A DNA stretch of 63,553 nucleotides, the filler included, from Collodictyon triciliatum (lineage: Eukaryota), in NCBI GenBank assembly GCA_043381765.1. It is 15 parts of 15 records of this genome, joined end to end, with 100 filler letters (N's around TTAATTAATTAA, not from the genome) between each part and the next. Parts side by side here need not be neighbours in the genome. Positions count along the whole stretch, not along the records: positions 42,489 to 46,622 come from JBHJMP010006465.1; positions 46,723 to 50,856 come from JBHJMP010006466.1; positions 50,957 to 55,090 come from JBHJMP010006467.1; positions 55,191 to 59,321 come from JBHJMP010006468.1; positions 59,422 to 63,553 come from JBHJMP010006469.1; 10 more parts are not named here. One strand, written 5' to 3'. How positions within the stretch are numbered: position 1 is the first letter of the stretch; each line of letters opens with the position of its first letter. Both the position numbers and the translations under genes were made by a program. Positions 42,591 through 59,507 of the stretch are shown here, piece after piece. The notes below the pieces were generated by a model. The model worked only from the letters and a program-made list of their open reading frames with translations, was not told the origin of the DNA and ran no database searches.

Positions 42591-45500
42591 CACTGACAAC
42601 AATATCACGAACTCCTGTGGACGACCACTTCGAAGGTTCATTATGAGTCGAAATAAGGATACAAATTCTATTTAACTATCAAACAAAACAGCTTATATTC
42701 AGTGGTTCTTCCATACTTCTGTAATAGACCAATATGAGTCGAAGTTTTTGCGGATTGGACACCAAGGAGATTCGTTGATGAAGACCAAGAAAACTCTTGA
42801 ACTCCAGCGATTCCAGGTTAGTCTTCACACTAATATTTTGGTACTATTTTAAAAATTATGGTCATCTGATATGATTTTCCCATGTAGTTTTTGAGCGACG
42901 ACTACATTCTTGCCATTTATGACAAAGATTCTATCAGTATTTACACTACTCCATCAATTATCAGAGAAGATGACTCAAAGTCACGGAAGTCCAAAGTAGA
43001 ATACCAGTGAATAATATTGAATATACTTTAGATTTCCTTCTTTTTTATTCGGGTCTGTGGCTGATTGTGTGCTGATTTTTGTAGGTACAAGCACCCATCA
43101 TTCTTGCAAAGAAACATGTGTGGTTTGNNNNNNNNNNNNNNNNNNNNNNNNNNNNNNNNNNNNNNNNNNNNNNNNNNNNNNNNNNNNNNNNNNNNNNNNN
43201 NNNNNNNNNNNNNNNNNNNNNNNNNNNNNNNNNNNNNNNNNNNNNNNNNNNNNNNNNNNNNNNNNNNNNNNNNNNNNNNNNNNNNNNNNNNNNNNNNNNN
43301 NNNNNNNNNNNNNNNNNNNNNNNNNNNNNNNNNNNNNNNNNNNNNNNNNNNNNNNNNNNNNNNNNNNNNNNNNNNNNNNNNNNNNNNNNNNNNNNNNNNN
43401 NNNNNNNNNNNNNNNNNNNNNNNNNNNNNNNNNNNNNNNNNNNNNNNNNNNNNNNNNNNNNNNNNNNNNNNNNNNNNNNNNNNNNNNNNNNNNNNNNNNN
43501 NNNNNNNNNNNNNNNNNNNNNNNNNNNNNNNNNNNNNNNNNNNNNNNNNNNNNNNNNNNNNNNNNNNNNTTACGCCGCCCAAAAGTCACCCACATCCGGT
43601 TGTTTTTCTTCAGTCGTCCCACTCACCATTACTGTGGATGAATGGTAGAGCATCAACCGCGCCCATGATGTCTGTCGTTGAAATGCCAAACGTAATAATT
43701 TACTCCACAAGTATATGAATATACCATACATATTTGAACTCTTATGTACGTTTTTTAGAATGCTTTGTGCTTGTGTCGTCAAGAGCATTTGGATGCGACT
43801 CCTGTTAGACCTAATATGTTCAAGGTAGATACATATTAGTGAAAATAACACAGGCAAAAAGTAACGCACTCTGGGAGATTTAAGAGAGAGGACGATGCTC
43901 TTCATGTAAAGTTGGACTGACTCTTAATTCATAATCTCTTCTTTTTCTTCTTATGTATGGAACGCAGATCATTATATATCTCCTTCACAAACGATCTACT
44001 ATCGCTATGACAATCCCTGTATTCCGGTGCGAATCATCAACTTTCAAGTAGGTCATTTGTGGTATTTCATTTCTTCATAGAAATATCCTATATTAACTGA
44101 ATTTTCTTATCCATCGTAGAAGGACGTTTGTTCTATTCTCAACTCTACACGATTTGCTTGTATGTTTGATTAACGTGCATTTAAACCCCTCCCCCCTTTA
44201 TTTGATTCAAAGTCGTGCATTCAATGCTTAATATGAAATCATGGTTTTATTTTTACTTTATTTATTCAAAGTATTAACACTTTACACTATTGCTCACTTA
44301 AAATCGCCAAAGATTATATATATCCCGAGGCAACACTTACAATTTGTTGATTGTGGTAATGAACACACATGTGAAGGACCATTTCATTTTAATGGTGAGC
44401 TACTTATATTTTCTTTTTTTTTTTTTTTCAGTAAGATGTTATCTATCGATATAACAGGTTCATCTTTAACTTCATCCGATTGGCACACTGATGACATGGA
44501 GGTTTGTTCGCCTTAAACTTACGCGTCTTTCTTTTTTTTGGAAAAAATATTCCCGATTTGTTTCGAGTATGCTCGATTCTGTTGACGATGTTTTATTTTG
44601 TGTCTATGTCTGATGTTCAGGCATATATGCTGGTGCCTTGCTCGTCTCCTGAATCCAGGTCGTACATAACTGCATCGGACGAGCAAGATTTGTGTACGAG
44701 TTTTGACTCCTTTCTAGTGCATTTTTTTATTTTTGTCTTTTAGAAATCCGTTGCAAATACCGTAATTATATTATCTCAAACGGGAAAAAAAACAGCCGCG
44801 GAGCACTTATTAAGTGTATTCGGGTCGAGCTTATATACAGTGAGAATTGATAAAAGTGTTTTTTTGAAAACAACACTAGACGAGGTAATTAAATATTTAT
44901 ACGAATTTTGTGCGCATAGTTGTTTCTCATGGCATACGGCATTCTTTCTAGAACGATACCACTGATAAATGTGTTGCTTATTTATTTAATTAGAATATTC
45001 ACCACGATGCCGAAGCAATGCATTTTGCTATCGCTCATCTTCAGGATGATATTCTTGTGGACCAAGTTGGCTTTTTTTCTAAAAAAAAAAAAAAAGAAGA
45101 AGAAGAAGCTTGTATAAAGTGTATTGATATTACAATAACCTCTGTCGGTCTTCTTTCGTCTCTTTTTTTTTCTCAACTCTGATAAATACACCGGAAATTT
45201 AGTTGAGCTCACCAATCACATCTAATGTGTGTGTTATAAAATCACAGATAATCATGGAAATCAACCAGTTTTGTCCCCATCGATTGACTTTTGAGCTACT
45301 GCGCGAGTATCTCATTGGGAAGCCATATCAGAATTTGAAGTCACAAGGAATTCCCTCTCATCTACTTCGCTTAATTCCGATATCGTCGTGTTCTCCATTC
45401 GGGAACTCGGAGGCTCGTGATGTATAATAAAATCACCTCTTAATTAATCTATATTCACACTTTAATATTCTTAGGTAGAATAATTCAAGATATACCACAT

Positions 45501-46222
45501 ATGAATCTATTATAAATTGTGTTGAAACCCTACGGCATCATGCAAATAATTATCACTCCATAATTTCCATATCTACTTCTAAAATCCTAGACTCGAAAAT
45601 CAAACGGTCTGAAATATGAATGTATGTCGAACGCAGCGAATTCTTTTTTTACTCCTGCACATGGTCGCTCGGTATACTAAATATAATCACCATTATTTTA
45701 ACAGTCTTACATTTATACAAACAAGGGTTGTCTGTGCGCCATATATTTTCATGAATCTGCTAACTGTAATTATGAATAATATATTCTTATAGCCCGACTC
45801 TATGCGCTTGACATTTGACCAAATCAACGAAATGGTTGGTTTATTTTCAAATTAAGACCCATTATTGTATGTTACTTCCCGAATGATGTTTTTGTTTTAA
45901 GAATGATAACATGGACTTTCATTTGTGTTACACTGTAGAGGCAAGCTCCTGTCCCCGACCAAGGTTCTCAAAATAAAAATGTTACTGTTCGGGGCTTAAT
46001 CAGGAGAATGAGCGAGATGTTTAAACCTGAAGATGCAAGTTAGTAGCTTCTCTCCTAATGTTATACTGGAGTCATCTTATCTGAATTCCCTTCATATATA
46101 TATTGGATACTCATTCATATGATAAAAAAAATCAAGTTAGTACTAACTCTGATTTCCTATCAGTTCGGTCGCAGGATAACACATTCACAGAAAGTAGTCC
46201 TGGGTTGTACACCAGAATTCAA
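42591..46222 (+). CDS. GSAP: Gamma-secretase-activating protein (GSAP/pigeon)-like, internal fragment spanning a gap
   Basis: QFLSDDYILAI, ILAKKHVWF, NALCLCRQ, IIYIPRQHLQFVDC, AMHFAIAHL and QIIMEINQFCPHRLTFELLREYLIGKPY are collinear with recalled GSAP blocks. End coordinates are approximate. Confidence 0.55.
43128..43569. other. Scaffold gap (N run) inside the GSAP-like gene
   Basis: 442 Ns with no spacer motif. A 17-N gap also lies at 52261-52277. Confidence 0.99.
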
Positions 46223-46533
46223 GTCATTAATCTGTATTTGAAACTTAAAACCTTTGTATTTTTTTGGTCTCATCGCTCTTGTATCTTCTAGCTTGTAATT
46301 TTGTTTTACTATATAAAAAAAAAAGCTGGCTGAAATCCTGACAGAGCATTTAGCTGACCACTATCCAAGGGAAACGAGGAACAGTTATTGGTCTCGCGAG
46401 TATATAATTGCGCAAGTATAATTTGTTTACACGCTTTCTGTCTCGAGTAATTACTTAGCATTTTATCATCACACAGTGAAAATTGATCCACTCTCCTGCC
46501 TTTATTCTTTCTATTTGATTTGTCTTGTTTTTG

Positions 46534-46622
<89 letters not shown>

Positions 46623-46722
46623 NNNNNNNNNNNNNNNNNNNNNNNNNNNNNNNNNNNNNNNNNNNNTTAATTAATTAANNNNNNNNNNNNNNNNNNNNNN
46701 NNNNNNNNNNNNNNNNNNNNNN

Positions 46723-46764
<42 letters not shown>

Positions 46765-47309
46765 AAAAAAAACAAAAAAACAAAAAAAAACAAAAAAAAA
46801 CAAAAAAATCTCATGCGTGAAATAGTCCTTTCTTTTTTTTCTTCTCCCCCTTTATATTTTTAAACGCTACAACCAACTATGCATACTCAAAAGTTTAAAA
46901 GATGCCGGTTAATAATCATATTACCTTTCTCATAGTTTTGTGAAACCACCAATAGTCTTGATCTTGATTATACCAATTACAAATGTGTAGTTATGATCCT
47001 TATATGTCGTACCACGTTCTCCCATTTTGTTATTTGATTTCTTGAACTCATTTCTATGATTTATTTCCCAATATTATTGAATCTCATTACATGTCGCATT
47101 ATCTACCCGAGAGCTATTTTTTTTTTTTGGTATACACTGATTGCATAAAAAAAATGCACTTTTACCTCCATGAATATTTTTTTTCCTTTATTCGATTTAC
47201 CTTCATAAATATAAGGGGTGATATTAATTACCTGGTAATAATCTCCGAGAAATGTCACATTTAACCTCCTCATTAGAAATTAAACCTATGCACAACGTTT
47301 AGATAAAGC

Positions 47310-50222
47310 ATGGACCTGGAAGAACTAGGACTGGGAAGCAATCGCACCGTCATTGTGATGCGTGTCGGAGAAAATTCAAAAGGAAAAGAATTTGTGATAC
47401 CATCAAACTGGTCATTCCAGCAACTCATCGAAGCAATATCCCACAAACTGAGCGTTACTTTACCAGTTAAATTATTTTCCCGTGATGGTTCCGAAGTTAG
47501 AGATATAGACTTAATCCAAGATAATGACACTCTATATGTTGGAGCCAAAGAAGTGAAGAGAAATTCTATCATGTTAGGACATGCAAAAGGTGACAATAAT
47601 ACTATTTAATTTTAATTTTTTTTCTAGCACTATCAATATCAGAGCAGATGGCTTCTTTATACTTAATTATTACTTGTAAAGCTTGTTCAAATTTCTTTAA
47701 CACCTCATCAACTTTTTTTTTGAAAAAACATTTTCTGAAGGGTTCACTGTGTCCTCAGTTGGCTCACCTCATGTACATAAACATAATGGAGGCACAAAAG
47801 AAGGAGCAGATAATGAAGTACCAACAGATGAAATCAGCAAATCGTTTGTGGAAAACGAATCGTTAAATGTGAATGGCCCTATAAATGGAGTAGCTCAAGC
47901 AGTAGGAAATAAAATGGAGTCTGCAAATCCTGATTGTAGTAAAGAAATAGATGGAGTACATCCCAGCATTAATACTAGCAACAGTTTGAATATCGGGGAT
48001 AGAATTGGGAACTATATACTAGGAAGATTTCTTGGGCGAGGTGGGTTTGGAGAAGTTAGACTCGCAACTCATTTCATTAGCCATGAGGAATATGCTCTCA
48101 AATTTATTCGTAAACAAGGAATCAAAGATTTTCAAAACGCTGAACGCATGTCCGCAGAAATCATGGCCCTTACAGTTTTGAGACATCCCAACCTTCTTCA
48201 CATGTTTGAGGTCATCGATACACAAAATGCTGCTTGTTATGTCATGGAATATCTACCTGGGGGCGATCTCCTGCATTATATTCTAGAACACGGTGAGCTC
48301 AAGGAGTTTGATGCGTACCGATTCTTCCAACAGTTATATTCCGGAGTTGAATACTGCCACAGCCAAAACATTATCCACAGAGATTTGAAACTAGAAAACT
48401 TGCTGCTCACTCGGGACCAAAAGACTTTGAAGATAGCTGACTTTGGGCTGTGCGGGGTGATCGTGCCTGATGTCACTGACCAGCACGGAGGAACTCGGTC
48501 CTATGCAGCACCAGAGTTATTTCGTGGGAAAACAGCCATCTCGCCCGCGCTTGACATCTGGTCTATGGGGGTCATTTTGTATGCAATGGTATTTGGTCGC
48601 TTGCCGTTCAATGTAGTCGATGCTTCAGGGGCAAAAATAGTCTCTGTGGAGAATATACAGAACGGTCGGTACTCTTTCCCGCCAGGAAAGGTATCAAGTC
48701 CTTGCCAAGACTTCATTTCAAGGATGTTGACAGTTTCGATAAAAAAGCGGGCATCCTTAGTAGATTTGTATTGCCACCCTTGGACAAATATTATGCGCCG
48801 AAAGAATACGTGGATGAATACAGAATCTGGTCGAAATGATATGGACCCAGATTCAGTCCTTCTAGACGACCTCGATGACTTGTTTGTCAAAAAGTCGGAT
48901 TCGCATACAAGTCTATCCAATGACCTTACATCTCCAGGAAACGTTAAATCTGTAAAGACAATCCAATCATTCAACCAATCATATGGTCATGATATATTTA
49001 CATCATGGTCCCCAAAAGTGACAAACCCAACAGGGAATGGGTCCTTCGTATCCCCACCACAGACTCCAAATACTTGGGATGATGAAGTCCCAATTTTTAG
49101 TCAGAAACTCACACCCGTTATCACAAAGCACGAAGCAAAGCAACTACCAAATATTCCTGGCCCAATACCAAAGAAAGTAACAGGAAAACCGGGAGCACAA
49201 GCTCAACTCACATCTCATTTACTTAATATGCAGACTTATGACCATGGAAATCAACCAGGGACACCGACATATAACTCTTCCAATCATAGAAGAAAAAGTG
49301 GTATAGATTTTCACTTGGATTCAAAAAGAAAAAAAAGGAAAAAAAGGAAAAAAAGGAAAAAAGAAAAAAAGGAAAAAAGAAAAAAAGGAAAAAAGAAAAA
49401 GAAAAAGAAAAAGAAAAAGAAAAAGAAAAAGAAAAAGAAAAAGAAAAAGAAAAAGAAAAAATGAAAGAGAATCCCCTTCCTATGATGTAGATTTTCTTTT
49501 CAATTTTGTGAGTCTTTCTTCCTTTTAACATCAAAACGAACGGGGTCAATTATAATCATTATCATTTTATTGTCCTACATGTACCAACCATTTATCTCTG
49601 GTTGATTTATAAGACATCCACCCACCCACATCCCACTTAAATGGCGCATATACACGCAGGAGACTACAATGTCGTATCGACAACCATCGAGCCCTTGGGT
49701 GATTTCAAAGCGAAAGAGCGAGGCCTTCAAACAAAGCCTCGCCCTAAGCTGGGAATCGACACAACCGGACAATACGAGGCTGCTGCAGAATCCCAAGCGC
49801 ATCTCAGCGGGCCGAAAGGATTGACAGGCGCGAAGCAGACACCCAAACGGCCCGGAGCCAAAGAGCCTTTCGCGCTGACGCAGCACTTCCCTGGGCTCAG
49901 TGGGCAAGCGAACCCAGGGCAAAGCCTTGCAGCGCGACGAGCAAAATCAGCTTCTCATGCCTACATTCAAAGCCCCAAGGAGGAGCGAGCGCAGCAGAGT
50001 TTGGAAAGTAGCGTCGAGGCTGCGGCTGTGAGCGGGCGAGGTTCATCGCCAAACGCAGTGCCAAATACTCCGACTTCGGCGAATGCAGGCCGAGTCTCGG
50101 ACTCTGGGCGGTACAAACACCTGACCGAGTTCAGGTCTGGATTTAAGAGCTACAACCAAGCGTATCGCAGAATGGCACAGAGTACACACTCGGGCGCTGT
50201 GTCAGGCAGCAATGGCTCGTGA
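47310..50222 (+). CDS. AMPK/MARK-related Ser/Thr kinase with N-terminal DCX/KHA-like domain (exons 47310-47589, 47741-49300, 49660-50222)
   Basis: GRGGFGEV, YALK, HRDLKLEN, DFG, YAAPE, DIWSMGVILY. Two phase-1 GT-AG introns join three ORF-track ORFs in frame. Exon 1 ends ...KLFSRDGSEVRDIDLIQDNDTLYV (DCX/KHA pattern). Confidence 0.9.
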
Positions 50223-50599
50223 ATGGTCTCATGGTGTATGATTGCGCAGTTATGGCTGTTGTTATTCGTCGCTATTTATTGATATTTTTGTCTTTGTTTT
50301 TTTTCTTATTCTTTCTTGTTCTCGTCGTTACTCCCCTAAACATTTTCTTCTTCTTTTATGCGATTCAAAGTTATTCTCCTGAATCTTAGTTTTTCTTCTC
50401 TGTTCCTTCTTTTATAGACATATAAAAATCTGGGTATGATTTCTTTCATGCAAATCATAAGGAGACTGTGAGTAAGAATAATAAGCTCCACACTATGGAG
50501 AGTCTGAATCGAATAAAAAAAAGAAAAGAAAAAAAAAAAAAAAAGGGAATAAAAAAATCATAAAAAAAAAAAAAAAAAAAACAAAAAAAAAAAAATCAG

Positions 50600-50639
<40 letters not shown>

Positions 50640-50807
50640 AGATGATATCATTGATAGTGACATAAAGGAAAAAAATATAGAATTTATGTCTAAAACCAAA
50701 GAAAAAAGACGAAAGGACATAGTGCTTCGACAAAATATTTACCTAAATCATAGTAAAATAACGATAGAAAAATTGATGGTAATGCAGTTTGACACCAGGG
50801 TGTATTG

Positions 50808-50856
<49 letters not shown>

Positions 50857-50956
50857 NNNNNNNNNNNNNNNNNNNNNNNNNNNNNNNNNNNNNNNNNNNN
50901 TTAATTAATTAANNNNNNNNNNNNNNNNNNNNNNNNNNNNNNNNNNNNNNNNNNNN

Positions 50957-50996
<40 letters not shown>

Positions 50997-51242
50997 TCTC
51001 TTCCCTTCTTTTCCTTTTCGTTTTCATCTCCCATTTGATACACATCTACTGGGTAGTGAGTTTACTGTCTCTATCGATTGTAAGGTTGGCTGCTTTTTTG
51101 GCCTTCAAAATTTTATTCGTTTCCTTTGCGTTGGTGTATATGTTTGGGTTCTTTTCTTTCTTTCTTTCTTTCTGTATATCTTTTTATTTCCCCCTCCCTT
51201 TCTTTCTCAAGCTCTGTTTGGAGGAGTCTGATGTGGTTTGAC

Positions 51243-54913
<3,671 letters not shown>

Positions 54914-54992
54914 CTGGAAGATAGACAAAGTGGTTTAATAATAACAATAACAATAACAACAAGTAGAAGTAGTAGAAGTAGTAGTAGTAGTA

Positions 54993-55090
<98 letters not shown>

Positions 55091-56267
55091 NNNNNNNNNN
55101 NNNNNNNNNNNNNNNNNNNNNNNNNNNNNNNNNNTTAATTAATTAANNNNNNNNNNNNNNNNNNNNNNNNNNNNNNNNNNNNNNNNNNNNTTGTGTTTTT
55201 TGTGTTTTTTGTGTTTTTTGTGTTTTTTGTGTTTTTTGTGTTTTTTGTGTTTTTTGTGTTTTTTGTGTTTTTTGTGATTTTTGTGATTTTTGTTTTGTTT
55301 TGTTTTTTCTAATTATGTTACAATTTTTAAGACACCTTGTTAATACTATCAAATAAGCCCGGCATTGTTCGCAAAAAGGTTTTCCACCCAGCTGAGACCT
55401 TGGATACTAGCGGACGCACTTTACCATTTGAAAGACGGATACTCCTTCTGGTCTGAAGTAAAAGAAAAGGAAAAAGAAAAAGAATGCGATGCAGCCGCAC
55501 ACCAAAGGTAATGGGGACGACGCTTTAAATTCCACAACAAGGTAACACGTATTGTGACGTCACCGTGACTCGGCTCCACGAAACCCACCGTCAACCCGCT
55601 GTCACAAAGGCGCAGCCAGACAACACCAACACACACACAAAACAGCGACACGCAAAGGCTGCACAGAGCCTTAAGGGCCACCCTTGCTGCCTGCTTATTC
55701 CAGTTGTCCAGTCTGTTGGACAGTGCGACATATTCTGAGGCTTTATGCTGGTCTCTTTGCCTCTGATTTTTGTTGTTTGACACGAGTGCTTTCCGATGTG
55801 GTTGAATGGGGCGTTCGTATAGGTTTTTTTCAACACCATTATCCACGCAACTCTTTCAAGTGAGGCTGGAATCGAGAGGGTTGAGTCATTTTTATTTATT
55901 TTTTTCATACTTTCTTTTCTAAGGAATTGTTTAAAGCGCTAGTTCATTGTTTGTGCACGCAACTCTCTCTCTCTGCCGATAAATAGTCTGAGTTGGTAGC
56001 GTAGTGTTTCTGTGCAAGGATATTTATTCAATCGATTTCAGAGAGAAAGAGAGAAAGAGAAAAGGAATACCACCCATCACCTCGCCAACAAACGAAAACA
56101 TAAACCCATAATGACCTCGGGCACATAGTCGTGCGTGATACGAACCTATGGAATGTTGTTTTTGTCATCCTTTCTGAAAGATGTTCCTTTTCTTCTGTTA
56201 CATAACGGCAGACGCAATAAAACAGGCGGAAGAAAAGAAAAAAACACAGAATCAGAACAAAAGCAGC

Positions 56268-59017
56268 ATGGGAAACACACACAACCGAGCCCGCTCATCC
56301 ACGGCTTCTGATGCGAAAGAAGCCCAAACGTCATCTAATGGAGACTCGCACAACGCGAAACGCAGTACTTCGCAGTCTGTAAGTGACTCTTTGATATATT
56401 CTTGGCTGAGACTCGCTTTCTTGGAGGATTTTTATGGAAAAAGAACAAGAAAATATATACTAAACACAACGAGACAGAAAAATGCCCATATGAGATAATC
56501 AACATAAACGAAATAACGAAACCAATAACTCGACGGTAAATTACTACACCCTTTGAGAATAATAAAATCTCACATCGTAGGAACTACTCAACCATGTGTA
56601 TGTATTCATTGTTTTAGTTTTCAGAAGATAGTAGCCAAACAAGCAGCCACCTCAGCTCCAAGAAGGGCAGCGGCAATCTCGCCACGTACCACTCAAACAC
56701 GCCGAATGGCACTTTGACCGACGAAACGACTCCGTCAGTGACGTCCATGACAGCAACTTCATCTCTCGCATCCTCGGAACGAACCAATCCACACTCTGCG
56801 CCCGTTACTCTTGGACACAATGACGAATTACCCAAGCAGCTTGTCCGTGCTCGTAATCTGATTCTCCCACCATCGACTTTCGGACGGGTTGATTACGATG
56901 CTGAGCTTCACGAGGCAATTAGGAGGGAGGCTGAATTCGCAAACAAACTCATGGACATTGTACTCCATCATGAAGCAGAGCTTCGAGGACATTCTCCTCA
57001 CTCCCCAGGCCGTTTGCTTCTCTCTGTGCTTGTATCAAAATAACAATACGTTTTTAGTTCATCTTTTTTTTCCAAACTCTTTTGCCTCTCTTAATTTGCA
57101 TTTGTTCTGCACAGATCATGTTCACTACCAACACAGAAGCAACACACTCGGAACATTGCGGACAGCAAACAGTTCTATGCAGCAACCGGATTGCGATGAA
57201 GTTCTCCGATGGTACCCTTTTCTTTCATACCTAGAATTTATCGTGATATGAAATCAATAACCCAATTTAATCAAATTATCTCTCTCCAGCATCAGCGTGG
57301 TGATGTACTGGCTCGTCTATGACGGAGAAAAGAAGGCTGACCACGTCGATGCAAAGTTTAACATCTTCCGCGAAGACATTCACCCAATCACGGTATGCTA
57401 TTTCATAATAATTTGATTCTTTGTATGCGCTGTAACTGTGTTGAAAATCTTGCTTAGTCAACATGTTCAGTAAGAATAATCGTTATTTGAGCATAACAAC
57501 TTTTAATGAGATATGCTTCTCACGATAAAATGAAGATTTTTTTTGTTCTTTACACCTCATATTTTCTTTCCTTCTTTCCTTCTTTCCTTCTTTCCTTCTT
57601 TCCTTCTTTCCTTCCTCTTTCCTTCGTGTCGTGTCAATTATGAATTCACTACTTTGTCCTAAACTTCTCAAGGTCAAGACCTCCTTCTCTCCCTCTTCAT
57701 CCTTCTCCCCTCCTGCACTTATGCGCCATGCTCACTCCAACCCATGCCTCCCATCCCTCAATTTTCAGAGGCAAGTTATCGCTGGGACACCTGAGCGCTC
57801 TGTGATTCTTTCGTACATAAAAAAGATACACATATCCTTCAGGGTAAGTTTCAAATATATTAGGATACTTATTAGACGGTAGATGCGCTATAGTTGCAAA
57901 TATTACACCTTCTCGGTATTTTTCACCACCTTTATTTCCTTAAAGAATTACATATTGGGATGCTAAACCATCGCCTGTAAATATTTTTCTGTGGAACGAT
58001 ATGTTATGGTAAACCCCGATAATAATAAACGATTTGAAACTACCTCCAGGCCACAATCGAGACGGCAATTATCACACTGATATACTTTGCACGTATCCAA
58101 ATGATTGGTGGTGTTCCCATCAACTCAAAAACCTGGAAACGTGTTCTCTTAGCCTCATATATTCTATCTTTCAAAGTTTGGGATGAGCTGGCCACCTGGT
58201 AACTATGAATTCCGTGATAGTTATTTCATCACATACAATTATTTTTGGCCATCTGTATTCCTTTATATTTGTTGAGTTCTGGAACTATCAACACAGGAAT
58301 GCAGATTTCTGCTCATTGTTCGAAAAGACCAATGTCCGCGACCTGAATGAATTAGAGAGAATCTTTATGGTACAATAGAATCCATCTTTATTCTCCAAAC
58401 ATCATGTAGATTATTCTTTCTTAAAAAAAATTAAATAAAACCAATTCTTTTATTCCACAGAATCTGCTTCAGTATACTGTGACCATCACAACCGGAGTGT
58501 AAGTGCACCATACTTCCCAGAAGAAAACATAACCGCTGGATTCTATCTTCAGATAAAAAAGTGCACAGAATAAAAGAAGGAAGATGGCACATTATATATC
58601 ACACAGAGGGTCTCACATGTAAAATTCCCTTACTGACAGATACGCCAAGTGGTATTACGAACTCCGAAGTCTCTCAGATAAAAGCTACCACGTATTCCCG
58701 TACGTCTTCTCTTCTGAACTAAACTGCTTTCAAACTTTTCGCTTGTAACTGTCCAAGTTGCAGAACTCATGTTTAGCCATGAGCCGTGTTAATCTCATGC
58801 GCCCTTTCTTTATGCTCTTATCCTCATCGTTGCATCTTCCTTCCCATCGATGTAATTATTAATGGTTATGGAAAATAGGGAGGGTGATGATGTCGAACCG
58901 GAAGACATGATTCGCATCGAGCACGAGACACACGCTCACGACCACCCTGACAAGTCACCAACCAGTCACGGCCTCTCCCGAACACCTCCCGGCTCCAACA
59001 GCCTGTCCGAGATTTAA
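56268..59017 (+). CDS. CCNY: Cyclin Y-like protein, complete, about 10 exons
   Basis: MGNT start; QQPDCDEVLRCISVVMY; NIFREDIHPI; TAIITLIYFAR...TWKRVLLASYILSFKVWDELATWNADFC...DLNELERIFMNLLQY...YAKWYYELRSL. Confidence 0.93.
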
Positions 59018-59108
59018 ACGTTCTAAGACAAATTAATATGAATCCAAAGAAAGAGAATAAATGATTCTGCCGCATCGAAACATCCTCTTGTTTTCCCTTA
59101 GGTTCTTG

Positions 59109-59321
59109 TTTTTTTCTTTTTCTTTTTCTTTTTCTTTTTCTTTTTCTTTTTCTTTTTCTTTTTCTTTTCTTTTTCTTTTTCTTTTTCTTTTTCTTTTTCT
59201 TTTTCTTTTTCTTTTTCTTTTCTTTTTCTTTTTCTTTTTCTTTTTCTTTTTCTTTTTCTTTTTCTTTTTCTTTTTCTTTTCTTTTATTTTTTCTTTTTCT
59301 TTTTCTTTTTCTTTTTTTCTT
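59109..59321. repeat. (TTTTTC)n microsatellite
   Basis: Direct reading. The complementary (AAAAAG)n lies at 49323-49461, inside kinase intron 2. Confidence 0.97.
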
Positions 59322-59507
59322 NNNNNNNNNNNNNNNNNNNNNNNNNNNNNNNNNNNNNNNNNNNNTTAATTAATTAANNNNNNNNNNNNNNNNNNNNNNN
59401 NNNNNNNNNNNNNNNNNNNNNTTTTTTTTTTTTTTCTTTTTTTCTTTTTTTCTTTTTTTCTTTTTTTCTTTTTTTCTTTTTTTCTTTTTTTCTTTTTTCA
59501 CTTGCAG

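Noticed and set aside
49301-49464. Poly-Lys C-terminus of the 571-aa kinase ORF
   Set aside because: It is read-through into an (AAAAAG)n intron. A GT donor at 49301 splices in frame to 49660.
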